A DNA stretch of 64,000 nt, from the NCBI RefSeq assembly GCF_009914755.1, contig NC_060930.1. One strand, 5' to 3'. Positions within the stretch are counted from its first letter, which is position 1. Each line of letters starts with the position of its first letter. The stretch is from the human T2T-CHM13v2.0 reference genome, Homo sapiens. Below, piece after piece: positions 1 to 22,949 of this stretch. A program made the position numbers and the translations under genes. The notes below the pieces were generated by a model. It made no database searches. It saw only the letters and a program-made list of their open reading frames with translations, and was not told where the DNA came from.

Positions 1-709
1 GATGAGAGATTTAATGAGAAAGGACATGTAGCTAGGTTAATGGCTAAGGAAATGAACAGAGGGACTGGGCCAATAATGAGCACAGATGCTCTTAAATAGA
101 CCGAACTGGAGACACAGGCTGTCTTCACCAGTGGAACGTGTGTAAAGCCTGTGGAAAAAGCAACTCTTCAGCTAGTGAAGGCAGAATTTGCAAATGTCCC
201 TCAGCACCATTCCTGGAACACTGAAATCTTCTAAAAACCATTATTAGTGGACTGACAGTTTCTGCCTTTCTTTATGAAAAAGGCAGAGAAATGCTCCAGA
301 ACACCGACCCTGACATGCTTCCCCTTGGTCTCCTATTATTTCTTTCTTTGCGCTGATATTTTATGTCATCTCTTGTATATAGCTAATTTTAGGGCAGTTT
401 TCTCCACATTACCTTTTCTCAGAAGAAGCTCCTATCATTTGGGGACAGAAAGGAAGTGAAGAAAATGCATTAGGCAAAATGAAGGCTAGAATATTAAGAA
501 AGAGTGGCATTATGATAAAACTCAGAAAAATTATTTTTCTGTTAAATCTTTAGAAGAAGAGGTATGATAAGGAAATATATATTTTGATTCTTAAACATCC
601 AAGTCCTATTTTGGTTCACCTTGATCTACTTATGTCAATTACACATTTGTAATGAGGTTTACTTCTAACACACATATACGTTGAGCTCATACCTAATTTT
701 CCTATCCCA

Positions 710-731
710 CTACACGCACACACACACACAC
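710..731. repeat. Imperfect (CA)n microsatellite
   Basis: tacacgcacacacacacacac seen directly. Confidence 0.8.
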
Positions 732-1559
732 GTACAATCACACCATGTTTGAAGAAATAAGATAAATGAGACCAGCATTTAAAGCTCGTTCAAAATCTAT
801 TTATACATATTTTTAACTGAAAATAAACACTCGTAGTTTAGATATACTTGCTTTGAGTACAATTAAAAGCAAAAGCAATGTAAGAAATGAGACACAGAGT
901 TTTAAAGTAAGGAGACAATGTTTTGGTGTAGTTTTGCTTTATTGAATGGTAAAGGTTTTATCACTTTGAAAAACCATATATATGCTTTAAAAATTAAAAC
1001 ATATTGTGATTAATCAAATTCAAATAAAAGTCAATGAAAAATTTGCAGACTTAATCACTTAAACATCTTACAATACTTTCAAAATTAAGAACATTAAAGT
1101 AATGCATAATTATCTAGTCTTTTAACCAAAGAAAATTAGTTTATTAACATTAATTAAGTCTCCAACTGACACTAAAAGTAAATTAAGAATATTATTAAAT
1201 TGATTTTGCAAGTGGATAAACTGAGACAGAGAAATATCAACTGAATTTCCCAGGGTTATATTCAAGTCAGTAGAAATTGGAACCTGTGGATTTTAATTGA
1301 TTTTTGTATGGTTCTAATGATTATTAAAGTATGTCTTCTTCTAAGTATAACAGTTAATGACATTAGTTACATAAAAAATCTTTACAAGATCTCTCTTTTG
1401 AAAAATTATGTTTCTTCTGATTAACTCTTACAAAAGATTTAAGAAGAGCAAAAATTAATACATTTCTCATGCAAAGTAACAAAAATAGATATTTTAAAAA
1501 TTATTTGCATACATAAAATAAAAATAGTTTGTGCTGCAAGAATAGAAAATACTGATTGG

Positions 1560-1945
<386 letters not shown>

Positions 1946-3224
1946 TCATCTGTTCATGTTTTTCATCCTGGTTTTGAAAAGTTCACGTATGTTTTCTGGC
2001 CAATTGAGGATTTCTTTTCATCTAAGCTATGTGATATTATTGTGATACTATATTTATCCAGAATTTTGGGATCTGCATTAGCATAGTCTGCATATTGCAA
2101 GAAGTTCCTTAATTTTTCTGTATTTTTTTGCTTTGTGACATTGGAAAGGAGAAATAAGCTCTAGCCCTTTTTCTTTACATTCAGGAATAGAGGTTGATAA
2201 TGCCTGTCTTAGACGGAAGTTGAGTCCATACTCTCAGAGCCTGTTAGGAGGAAGGTGAAAAGATGTGGGAACTGGCAAAGACTCTGAAACAGAAAAGGGG
2301 AGAAGAACAGGACCAGGGGACTAAGGGAACCAGGAAAGTGCTGATATTCCCTCAAGCCTAAGCCCATCAGACCATCCAGGCAAAATGCTTCTCTGAATGG
2401 ACACGTAGCTATGTACTGGCTACCAATATTGCTTAGTAATCAACAGAGGGTATATGCCAAAGGAAGTTAAATATATCGGTTCATCTCTGATGTCCAAAAT
2501 ATTTAAACTTTCAAATTTGCATGGTTCAGTTCACAAATGCAGAAAATTTCAGGGTGAATTAGTCTTATGTATTTTCACAAAGTTTATCTTTAAACTTCAG
2601 AAAGCTTATCTTTAAACTTCTAAATACTGTTTAGCAGAATTGGAAATCTTTTGAATATTTAAATACTTTTACTTTGGCATATAGATCTATGACAAAAAAG
2701 ATGCCATCCTTTTGATGGGTAACATTAATAATGCTGTTTCTGCAATATGTAAATCTATGCTATCTGTGAATTATGTCTCTCTTTGATGTACTTTCTCAAA
2801 ACAAGATTATTTATCATAATAAATATTTTATTACACAAAACAAGAGGCATTTTTACAACGTCTACTTTTCTCATTCTGTTTAACCCTGTTTTATAATGTG
2901 ATTGGCATATTAAAAACAGGAACTTAGCGTGATTTTGGCTCAAGGAAGAGACCAGGAACATGGCATAATTTTGCACACAGGTCAAGAGAGCACCTCGAGG
3001 CTAAAATATTTTTCTCCCCCCAGGGATGGGTATAGCATAATATACCACTGAATCTATCAAATTCAGTCTGCCAGGAAGTCAGATCATTAACAAATAAAAC
3101 AAGAAAAGCCACTAAGACTTCATTTGCATTCTTCTGTTTGATCTCCCTGGAAACCAGAAGACAGCCTTTGTTCACTCTCTCACTTCAGATCAAGTCCCGT
3201 TGGGTACACATTTTGATAACACCC

Positions 3225-3420
3225 TGGACCTTACCTCGTGCTACTGAAGTGCAGTTCCAATGATATATTAGTGAGATTAATGTCTAACTGCACCACTAGA
3301 TTAAAAGATCCATTAGGGCAGAGATGGTGTCTGTTTTGCCTTCAGATGTAACTCCAGCATCCAGCCCAGAGCCAGTCTCTTAGGAAGTATAGAGTAAATA
3401 TATATTTTTTGATTGAACAT
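3225..3420 (+). mobile_element. L2 3'-end fragment (old)
   Basis: ccactagatt...agggcagagatggtgtctgttttg...cccagagccagt...gtaaatatat resembles the L2 3' end. Confidence 0.55.
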
Positions 3421-4317
3421 GTAAACATAACTATATTAACATATTATATAATTACAGACTGGCTGTGCTATACCATGCAATAATTCTTGTAATGGAGAAA
3501 ACTTCTTATGATCATTAGAACTGGCACAAATAAAGTATGAGTTTCAGGATAAAATCTTGTTGACTTTAATGGCAACTTACAGTTGATTTGAGATCCTGTC
3601 TGGGAAGCAATTTGGCAAGAGTAATGATTGTCAACTTTCACTTCCTGTTATGAATTAATTGGATTCTTTTTAGGCTGTGCCTTTATTTTCTTTCCTCTGC
3701 CTTCTAAATATGATTACTTGATTTTTTTCTAAAGGTAACTGTGCAATGAGTTCATGCAAATACCATTTTAAAATTACTACTTTTTGGTAAATAAATATAA
3801 AAACAAATTCAGGGAAAAAACTATTGTATATATTTTTTTGATTTACATATGAAACTTTTTTCTTTTAACATCCAAAACATAACTGGTGCTATTTACAATG
3901 CTGCATTTAACAATTCAACCTCTGCAAATAATTTTCTTTAAGAGATATTTGCAATTTCTTCTTGTCAACAAAACTGCGACATGTAATTGGCAGAAGTCCG
4001 CCTGAAGAAACATGGTTTAATTTAGCACATGACCTGAGAATATTTTCATCAGCATTTAGATATGAGCCTGGGATTTATTGTGGCTATTATCCCCTTATCA
4101 CTGTCAATAAGTACCTATGCAATTTCATTTCAAAATATTTTCAAATGAGTTTCAAAATCTGGTTACACTTAAAGAGAAATATGGGAGCTTTAATGAAATA
4201 AACTAACAGTGTCAGGTTATAATACACTGGACAGATGAAAATAACAGACACTGCAACTGATGGAAGTTGCATGGGAGGGTTTTTGGCCCAAGGATTAGTT
4301 AAGATGATTACCTAAGA

Positions 4318-4360
4318 CGAGGAAGAAGTAGAAACAAGAAGAAGAAGAAGAAGAAAGAGT
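4318..4360. repeat. (GAA)n-rich simple repeat
   Basis: gaagaagtagaaacaagaagaagaagaagaagaaag. Confidence 0.75.
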
Positions 4361-5189
4361 AGAAACAATAAAAAAAATTGAAAGCTGATACTTCAATCTG
4401 TAATACAGGCTGGTTACTTACCTGAGATGAACAAACTTCACTCTCCTTTGGTTCTCAGAAATGTGTTATTCTATAAGTCAAGATGCAAAGGAGTTTAATT
4501 CACTTAAAATTAAATATTTAAAATTATTCATGCCTGTTACATGGAGGGGGTGCAATATATATTTCTCGAATGAAATTTTGTCATGCAGGAAGTAAAGTTA
4601 CTCCTGGTTGCAATTTTTTTTCTATTTCTACCAACACCACTACATCACTTTTGCAGAGGTAGGGTCAAGCACCTTTATTTTGGGGTCTTTGCTGTAGTTA
4701 GACATTTCAAAGGCTGGGACTAATCAGCAGAAGGGGTCACTGCAGGCTGCCCTACTTGGCAGCTTTGTCACATAGCTTATCACCTTGAGAATTTGCTTGG
4801 CATATCTTGAAAAGAGCCATGGTTTACGGAAACTTAAAGTTTACCATAATTTCATTATTAAAGTTGGACAAGATGGAGTGTGGTGTTTGGGACCTGCATA
4901 AACTTGTTGCACAAATGAGGGATTACTATTTGGGTTCTTGTGGGGCTGGCTGAGCTGCTCCCAAATCTTTGGGTACAAAATAGCCTTGGTCTCAGAGATA
5001 CAGCTCTCTTTAGGGTTGCTCTTAGGCCAAGAAAGGACAAGAGAGTTTGGAATGTGACAACCGTGGGTTACAGGGATATTCCTTAGGTAGGGGAAGTTTT
5101 ATTTTTTTTTTTTAATGTATGTGTTTTAGAAAGAGGCAATTTTATGATTTCTCTCTAAAAAAGAATGAAAGACTAAAGAACGATACCTA

Positions 5190-5511
5190 GGCTGGATGTG
5201 GTGGCTCATGCCTGTAATCCTAGCGCTTGTGGAGGCCGAGGCAGGTGGATCACCTGAGGTCAGGAGTTCGAGACCAGCCTGGCCAAACATGGTGAAACCC
5301 CATTGCTACTAAACATACAAAAATTAGCCAGGCATGGTAGCACATGCCTGTAATCCCAGCTACTCGGGAAGTTGAGGTCGGAGAATCGCTTGAACCCCAG
5401 AGTGGGGGAGGTGTGGGGGTGGGGGACGGACGTTGCAGTGAGCTGAGATCACGCCACTTCACTCCAGCCTGGGCGAAAGAGTGAAACTCCATCTCAAAAA
5501 ACAAACAAACA
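5190..5511 (+). mobile_element. AluS (Sx/Sq-like) with G-rich expansion in the right arm
   Basis: Alu body with (CAAA)n tail. TSD AAAGAACGATACCTA 5175-5189 vs AAAGAATGATGCCTA 5512-5526. Confidence 0.97.
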
Positions 5512-6364
5512 AAAGAATGATGCCTATCTCACAAGGATGGCTGATGATAATGTCATATATTTTGGAAGTGCTTTGAAAAGTGTCCAAGGTACAAGATGTC
5601 CAGTTGAAATATTTATTATTATTAATAGCTAATATTTTAATGAACAACAGAGGTTTTTTTAAAATAGGTTTTAAAAGGAAAACATAGTTCTATTGTAATG
5701 TTTTATAAGTAGGAATGAAAATATAATTCCTGGATTAGGTCCTTTGATTTTGTAAACGATTAGAAAAATACTGAAAATTATATTATCCTGAAAAGTGATG
5801 TATATTATGCCAAAGAGAAATTACTGGGGAACAGAAGTTCCACATTGCATCCACAAGACCATTTTGTTATAGTCAAATAGCTGAACTTTAATTCATTTGC
5901 AGATCTTGAACTAGAGGTGTGTTTATTGTGCAATTAATCAAGACTGGCAGGGTTTCTAGAAGTTCACTTGAAGTGTCTTAAATTTTATTAAGGCAAACAT
6001 ATATTGGATGGTCATGTGCTGGCAGTTTGTTAGTTGCAGAGGATTGAAAGATGAATATGACATTGTCTTTGTTTGAGAGCACTAATCTACCAAATAAAAA
6101 GCTCATACAAAGAGTAGATGGTGCCTGGTGAGTAATTACAATGTGTAAACCACATCTTTGGTTTTTTTTTTATAATAAATATTTAATTTTAAATTCTAAA
6201 AGAGGAATGAACCCTTCTATACAAAGACAATCTTTTTCCTTCTAGGGCAAAACATTCCTATATCCTGGAACTACAATAGATTTAAAAGAAGAAATGGGCA
6301 AGGGCCCTAGAAAAACCATGTCATGGGAGAGAGGGACACAGTAGGAAGTAGGGATGTGCAACTT

Positions 6365-11784
<5,420 letters not shown>

Positions 11785-12018
11785 GGGATGTGCAACTTTG
11801 AGATGTTTTTGTAGGCACCGCTGTCTTCAAACAATTTGAGGGCTGTCAGGAGAAGTGAATTAATCTTATTCAGTTGTTCAGAGGTCACAGTTGTGAGTTT
11901 AGTAGTAAACACCTGTATATCATGATGGGGTTTCCAAGTAATTCTTAGGAGTTTCCAACTCTGGTGCAGCTTTCTCCTGTCCCAGGAATTCATGCAGAAG
12001 CTGACTACTCACATTTCA

Positions 12019-12056
12019 AGATAGATATAGATAGATAGATTGATAGATAGGTAGAT
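12019..12056. repeat. Imperfect (GATA)n microsatellite
   Basis: agatagatatagatagatagattgatagataggtagat. Confidence 0.85.
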
Positions 12057-13304
12057 TTCCAAACCAGTAAGAAGTTATACTTGATAAGCTCTAAGATCCC
12101 TTCCTCTTCTAATAGTTTGTCATTCCAGACCTTTGGATTAGCATGGGAATTGTGTCTCATGAAGCTGAAGTGCCATTGAGGAGCCATCTGAGTATGAAAG
12201 AAGTTCATACATGGCAGTGAGTATTAATTTAGTTTTCACATCAACCCTATTTCCCTGGGTTTTTCACAAAATTAGATGAATCAAAGCAATTAAATAATAG
12301 TATAGTTTGTTAAATGAAGCCATTAAAACACTTATCACAGACCCAAAAGGTTAAAATTCATACCTGGTTTCTAATTTCAGAGAAAAGATTTCTTAGAAAA
12401 TGGGGATGACTAGGTAGTAACACATTCTTTTATAAATGAAAATCAAATCACCATAGCAGCAAGCTCATAAACATCACAGGAGGTCCTAGGGAAGCTGTGA
12501 TGAAATGAATTATTATAGCCTAGTGCACGATACCATAAGGAAACATAATGTTAAATAGTTTTAATCAATTAGAGATTTCAAGACATTTTAAAGGGGCCAC
12601 AAATAGCATAATGTTTTTCAGCTATAAAATGAATTTTTGAATCTAGATAAGAAGTCAGAACACAAATATTTTGTACAAAATTAAAATTTCATACTTGTGG
12701 TTTTAAGAAGCCTCTAATAAAGGGGTGAGCTCAACAATATTATACTGTTAGTAAATGAAACTAATAGGACTGAAGGATGAGAGGAGTCCTAAATGAGGTA
12801 CTTTTTCCTCATATACATTATAATCAGATTCTCACTTGTCTGTGTCATTGCCTGTGCCAGCCCATTGCACAGTGCTCAGTGGGGTCTCTGAAAGGGGAAG
12901 TTAATATTAAATAAAAACATTTGCTCTCTCTATACTTATGGCTTTCACTTAGTCTCTTGGGAACGTATAAATTCTTTCTAGATCTTGTAATAGGCTTATC
13001 CACCAGTCTATGCTCAGCCCACTTCAATTCTTTTAATCACTTGGCTTGGAGGTTCACTGACACAAAGGCAGATGATTCAGTGCCAAATGCACCTTCCTCT
13101 CAGCCCCCAACCAGATAATAAACAAAATTAGCTGTGTCTGGTAAGTGAGTCTATTTGAAAATGAAATAAATAGCTCTGTTACTTCCATGGCTTGTGTAAA
13201 TTAAACACTCAATATGATGGGATGACCATCTCAGTTTGTTTTTGGTGACTCAGGAGTCACTCTGGGATTTTTGAGCTGGGGGGAACCATAAAGATCATAC
13301 AGAA

Positions 13305-13760
<456 letters not shown>

Positions 13761-14040
13761 GAACAGAGATCTGGCCTTACATTTTTATAGAGGTCTGGAA
13801 AAACTGGGGATTGTGTGTCATGAACAGATTTAGGGTTATTGAATTAAATGACTTGCCCAGGGCCTGGTTAATGACAGAGCTAGTCAGAACCCATACATCC
13901 CTGATTCCATTTTTCTTTTCTCACCACCACCCACTGATATGGCTAATATCATTAAAAAGCATGTAATTTGTATCCATTTGCAAGTAAAAACTGCTCAGAA
14001 GTACTTATATCAGAATATTGCATGCCCATCTGAGAATATC

Positions 14041-14070
14041 ACACCACACACACACACACACACACACACA
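14041..14070. repeat. (CA)n microsatellite
   Basis: seen directly. Confidence 0.95.
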
Positions 14071-15007
14071 GCCCAGATCTTTGGGCTTCCTTACTGCCTT
14101 TGACATACCTTTCTTCAATTCTGTCTTTTGACATTTTAATCATCTTCCCAACAGAGTTTCCTGAACTTGGTCTTTTCTTTGGCTGTTTCACTGTCTTTCA
14201 GGGCTTCCGAAGTCTGTTTACTTGCTTTCATTCGTTTTCTATCAAAACTGTTCCTCATGGGAGGGCTGGTTCTAACATTGTTTCCTCACCTTTCATTTTG
14301 TTCCTTCTTCTAGTTGAATGAGACTGCCATTGTGTAGACTTTTGATAGCAAGGTTGTTTTGTCTATTTTTTTCCTTTACCTTTGGTGGACATGTGAACTG
14401 TCACATTTACTGTGGAAGTGGACATAACTGTGGTCATCCTGTGACCTATGCATGTTCTTAACTGCTCTTGCTGAGTCAGTGGGTGAGAGCTCTGTGGTGG
14501 GGGAAGGAAGCCTAGTGGGGCCAGGTGATTGTAAATGTTGACAATTAATTGGGATGCAGCAGAGAGGTATTTGAGGAAGAACAGCTAAATGGTGGTAGTC
14601 TGTATTTGAAATGAAGGCTTATTGACTCTGCAAGTACATACTTGCCAGTCACTGTATTTACAGCGAATTCTAACAGCATGTCTATTGCTGGTACTGCCCA
14701 GTGATAAAAGATTCTATTTTCAAAAAACAGTTGTAGGTACTCTATTTTCAACCTTAGTAATGTGACAATTTTATGGTACCTTAAAGATAACTTTCTTTTA
14801 GGCTTTGAAAGTAGATTAACAACTGAGGGATGAAATACTTGCATTAAAATAATGAATAAAGAGACATGGAAGTCATTTAATAATAAAAAGCTTATACATG
14901 ATTTTACATTCATAGCGTATTGCCAGTTCCAATCTCTTAGGTATAAAAGATTCCTATGTCTGCTTCTTATCTCTGTTCCATTTGGTTAATTATAACTTCC
15001 CTTTGAG

Positions 15008-15140
15008 TTCATTCATTCATTTATTTAATCATTCAGTAAGTACTTATTAAGCAGAAAGTATCAGGTGCCATGTTAGGTTGCAATTCTCAAGGGGCTCCTG
15101 GTCTAGTGGGAGGACTGTCACGTGGACAGGCTGTGATAAA
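15008..15140 (-). mobile_element. L2 3'-end fragment
   Basis: ttcattcattcattt...aagtacttattaagc...ctcaaggggctcctggtctagtgggagg. Confidence 0.55.
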
Positions 15141-15143
15141 AGG

Positions 15144-15206
15144 GTTTAACCATCCCTATTGAAGGACATCTGGACTGTTTCTAGTGTTTGGCTTTTAATG
15201 AATAAA
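15144..15206 (+). repeat. 63-bp dispersed direct copy of 19612-19674
   Basis: 62/63 identical to 19612-19674, compared base by base. Confidence 0.95.
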
Positions 15207-15734
15207 CCAGGCCAGCAGCCTGGTTTGTGGCCTTGTGCACTTTTTGTTAAGCTCATGTAACTGTGTATTTTGGTCTTTTATTTTTTAAAAAATTATTATT
15301 TTTTAATGGGAATCACACAGACTGCCTTCTTTCCCTCTCATTCTTCTTGAGGAAGAGAACAATTGTCAATGGTAAACGGCAGTTGCAGCCAAGCAACACC
15401 AAGGGTTGGCTTCACACTCTGGAGAGAGCACACTGCATTTCCTTCTAGTGGTTTCTGGTGCTCTACATATTCAGAGAAACCTCTAGTAACGAACTGAAGA
15501 AAGGATCCCTGAAAGTGTAGTCTTGGTCTTTGATTTTTAATAAATGAGTTGCTGTCATACACTAGCTTTCTTAGCATTAATGTGTGGAAACTCCTCTAGA
15601 TCAAGAGTAAGGCGTACTTCACTCTTTTTGATGAACTACATATTAATCCTTGGCGTGGATAGGACTTAATTTACTCAACCTTTCCCCTAATTTGGGTATT
15701 TAATTTGTTTCTAGTTGTTTTGCCATCGTGAACA

Positions 15735-16215
15735 ATTCTCAACACCATATCCTCATATCCATACTCTCATGCCTCTGTGCTCATGCCACTTAGATCTTCT
15801 TTGAGAGACCCTGCTGCAGCGAGCATAGTTAATTGACAGTCTCTAGCTCTTGGCTCTTTTGGTTCATCACTATGACATTCGTTAACAAGGCAATTTGTTA
15901 CAAGGATTTGTAATCCCCAGCCAATGACTGAGTGTGTCTCATTCTTTTGCAATGCAGGACTCTTCTAATGAGCAGTCTGCTTGGGGACTCCTTATCAGCA
16001 CAGCTGAAATGTTCTCAGAGTTGTGCTGCAGTCTCAGGCTCTTCTTACCCAATCCTTCCTTCCCTTTCTCCTTTCACAGGTATCAGATCTGCATCACAGT
16101 CCATAGAGTTTCCACTTACTCCTGCTTCCGCTGTCATCATTCTTCACAGGCACTTTCTCTAATAAATCTTTTGCATGTTAATCTTGATGTGGCATACTAG
16201 CACACTGACCTGAAC
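15735..16215 (+). mobile_element. ERVL LTR16-like solo LTR
   Basis: ccccagccaatgactgag...cttggggactcc...ctcaggctcttcttaccc...ctctaataaatcttttgca motifs. Confidence 0.55.
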
Positions 16216-16497
16216 TAGCACACTGAGCTTTTATTTCCATGCATATTTTTGATTTTAACAGATGTTTCCAGATTGCTTTCCAAAAAGGCAGTACAAATTT
16301 ACATTATCATCAGCAGTGTACAAAGATACCCTTTTCTCTGACTCCCCATCAGTGATTGGTAAGATAAACTTTTGAATTTTTGCCGGTCTGATAGGCTTAA
16401 AGTGAATCACGCTATCAGTGTATTTTGGAATCTTTTCTTTATTCTTTTTGCCTTTAAGGTATTATTTTCTGTGAATTGTCTATTTGCATTTTGGATC

Positions 16498-18427
<1,930 letters not shown>

Positions 18428-19149
18428 TCTTATGAACTTTTAATCCCCATTTAGGCATTATATATGAAGAAGAACATTAAATTAGAAGTTTTCACTAGGG
18501 CACTAAGTTAACACAGCTATGACACACCTCGTATGAATGGCCAGAGCAAGAAGCAAATTTTCAAAAGAACATTAAAAAGTTTTGCAACCCATAGTTCTCT
18601 CAATTAAGCTGAGAACATAAAGGCTATTGGAGGAGAAAATGTTTTAGAAAGAGCTATGAGATCTTCTCTTCACCTTCGGTCAAAAAAGGTCTTAAGCGGG
18701 CTTACCTGAAGAACATGTGTCATTTGTGGTTAGAGAAATGTACTAGTATGTAACTCATGTGTGAAAAATTATAAGGCAGAGACTGGTTGGATGCCCTGAC
18801 AGAAATAGAGAAAAAGAGAGAGAGAATGTTTGTTTGCCTTAGGCAGTCTGCAGTCCCAGAGCTGTCAAAACAAGAAATATGTGAGTGTTTCTAATGGACC
18901 TGGTAAGGGTCCCAAAGGGAGAGTCAGCTGGCCCAGAGCTGTTTTAAATCCTTGCTGGAGGTGTTGCAGGTCTTCCTGGACACCAGAATACAGTCTGAAA
19001 TGAATGGGCCACAAGAAAACTAGATCTGATGGTGCAACTGTAGGAAAATGCATCCCTCATGTTCAAGAATATACTGTAAAATATTCTTTGTAGGTGCCTC
19101 TAAAGGACTTGTGAAATACCCAATATTTTCCACACCTAACTTTTGTATA

Positions 19150-21600
<2,451 letters not shown>

Positions 21601-21619
21601 TCCTTTCTTTTTCTCTGGA

Positions 21620-22460
21620 AATGGTAAACATCTGAGTAAATGCAAAAGAGCTTTTGCATTTCTGCTTTTTGCTTCTTAACTACTTTATAAATTATATAAC
21701 TTTTTAAAGTAAAAATTAGAATACTGACTTTTGGGGTTTACAATATATGTAGGTGTATTTCATTTAGTAACTTAATATCATGACTGGAAAAATGTTAAAT
21801 TGATCTATATGATTGCAAGATTTCTATAATTTATAAGAAGTAATAAAATATTAACTGTAAGTGAAATGTGAAAAGTTAATAAAATATAATAAAATGGCAG
21901 ACCAAACCTAAACATATCAATAATTATGCTAAATGTTAATTGACTAATCACATCAATTAAGACAGAGATTTTTGGAACAGATAAAAAAAGATACAATTAT
22001 ATGGTATCTATAATGGGTATATTTAAATGTAAAGACACAGGCTGAAAGTAAATGGATGGAAAAAGACATACCACGAAAACAGTAAGCATTAGAAGGTTAG
22101 CGTGACTACATTAATATCAGATAAATCTTTGGATTTCAAGAAAGAGTATTACTAAAGATAAAGAAGGACATTTTCATATAATTAAAAGGTTAATGAATTA
22201 GGAAGACATAACAATTTTAAATGTGTATAAGCTTACTAACACAGCTTCAAAGTGTATAAAGCCAAAATGTACAGAATTAAAAGAGAAACAGATAAATCTA
22301 CATCATGATTTAAGATCTCTTTCTCTCCACAGATAATAGAATCACTAGACAAAAAAAAATTACTAAGATCATAGAGAACATGAAAAATATTATCTACCAC
22401 AACTGAACACTTTTCATATAACACTATATCTAATAATGGAGGAATACACATTATTTTCAA
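21620..22460 (+). mobile_element. Old L1M fragment (ORF2 endonuclease region relic)
   Basis: aatggcagacc...tatcaataattatgctaaatgttaat...gataaagaaggacatt...gaagacataacaatt. Confidence 0.65.
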
Positions 22461-22469
22461 GAGTATATT

Positions 22470-22800
22470 TTATATGATTTCATTTATATAATATTGTTGA
22501 AATGACAAAATTACAGAAATGAAAAACAGATTAGTGGATGTCAAGGAATTAAGGAGGAAGTGTGGGCAAGTGGGTGTGCTATAAAAGATCAACATGAGGG
22601 ATTCTTGTGGTGAAGGAAATACTCTGCATCTTGACAGTATCAATGTCAATATTCTGGTTGTGATTTTGTACCATAGTTTTATAAGATATTAGCATTGGGG
22701 GAAACTAGGTAAAGCGTGTGGGTGATTTCTCTATCTTTTCTTTCAACTGCATGTTAATCTACAATTATTTCAAAATGAGAAGCTTAATTAAAAATCAATA
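22470..22800 (+). mobile_element. L1MC-type 3' end
   Basis: caatgtcaatattctggttgtgatt...ttgggggaaact...caactgcatgttaatctacaattat. Confidence 0.65.
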
Positions 22801-22811
22801 CACTCACACTA

Positions 22812-22943
22812 GTAATCCTAGCTTCTCAGGAGGCTGAGATGGGAGGAGCACTTGAGCCCAGGAGTTCGAGGCTGCAGTGAGCTATGATTGTGCCACTGCA
22901 CTCTATCCTTGGGGACAGAGTGAGACCCCATCTCTTAAAAAAA
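22812..22943 (+). mobile_element. FRAM / AluJ right monomer
   Basis: cttgagcccaggagttcgaggctgcagtgagctatgattgtgccactgc with A tail. Confidence 0.85.
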
Positions 22944-22949
22944 TTATCA

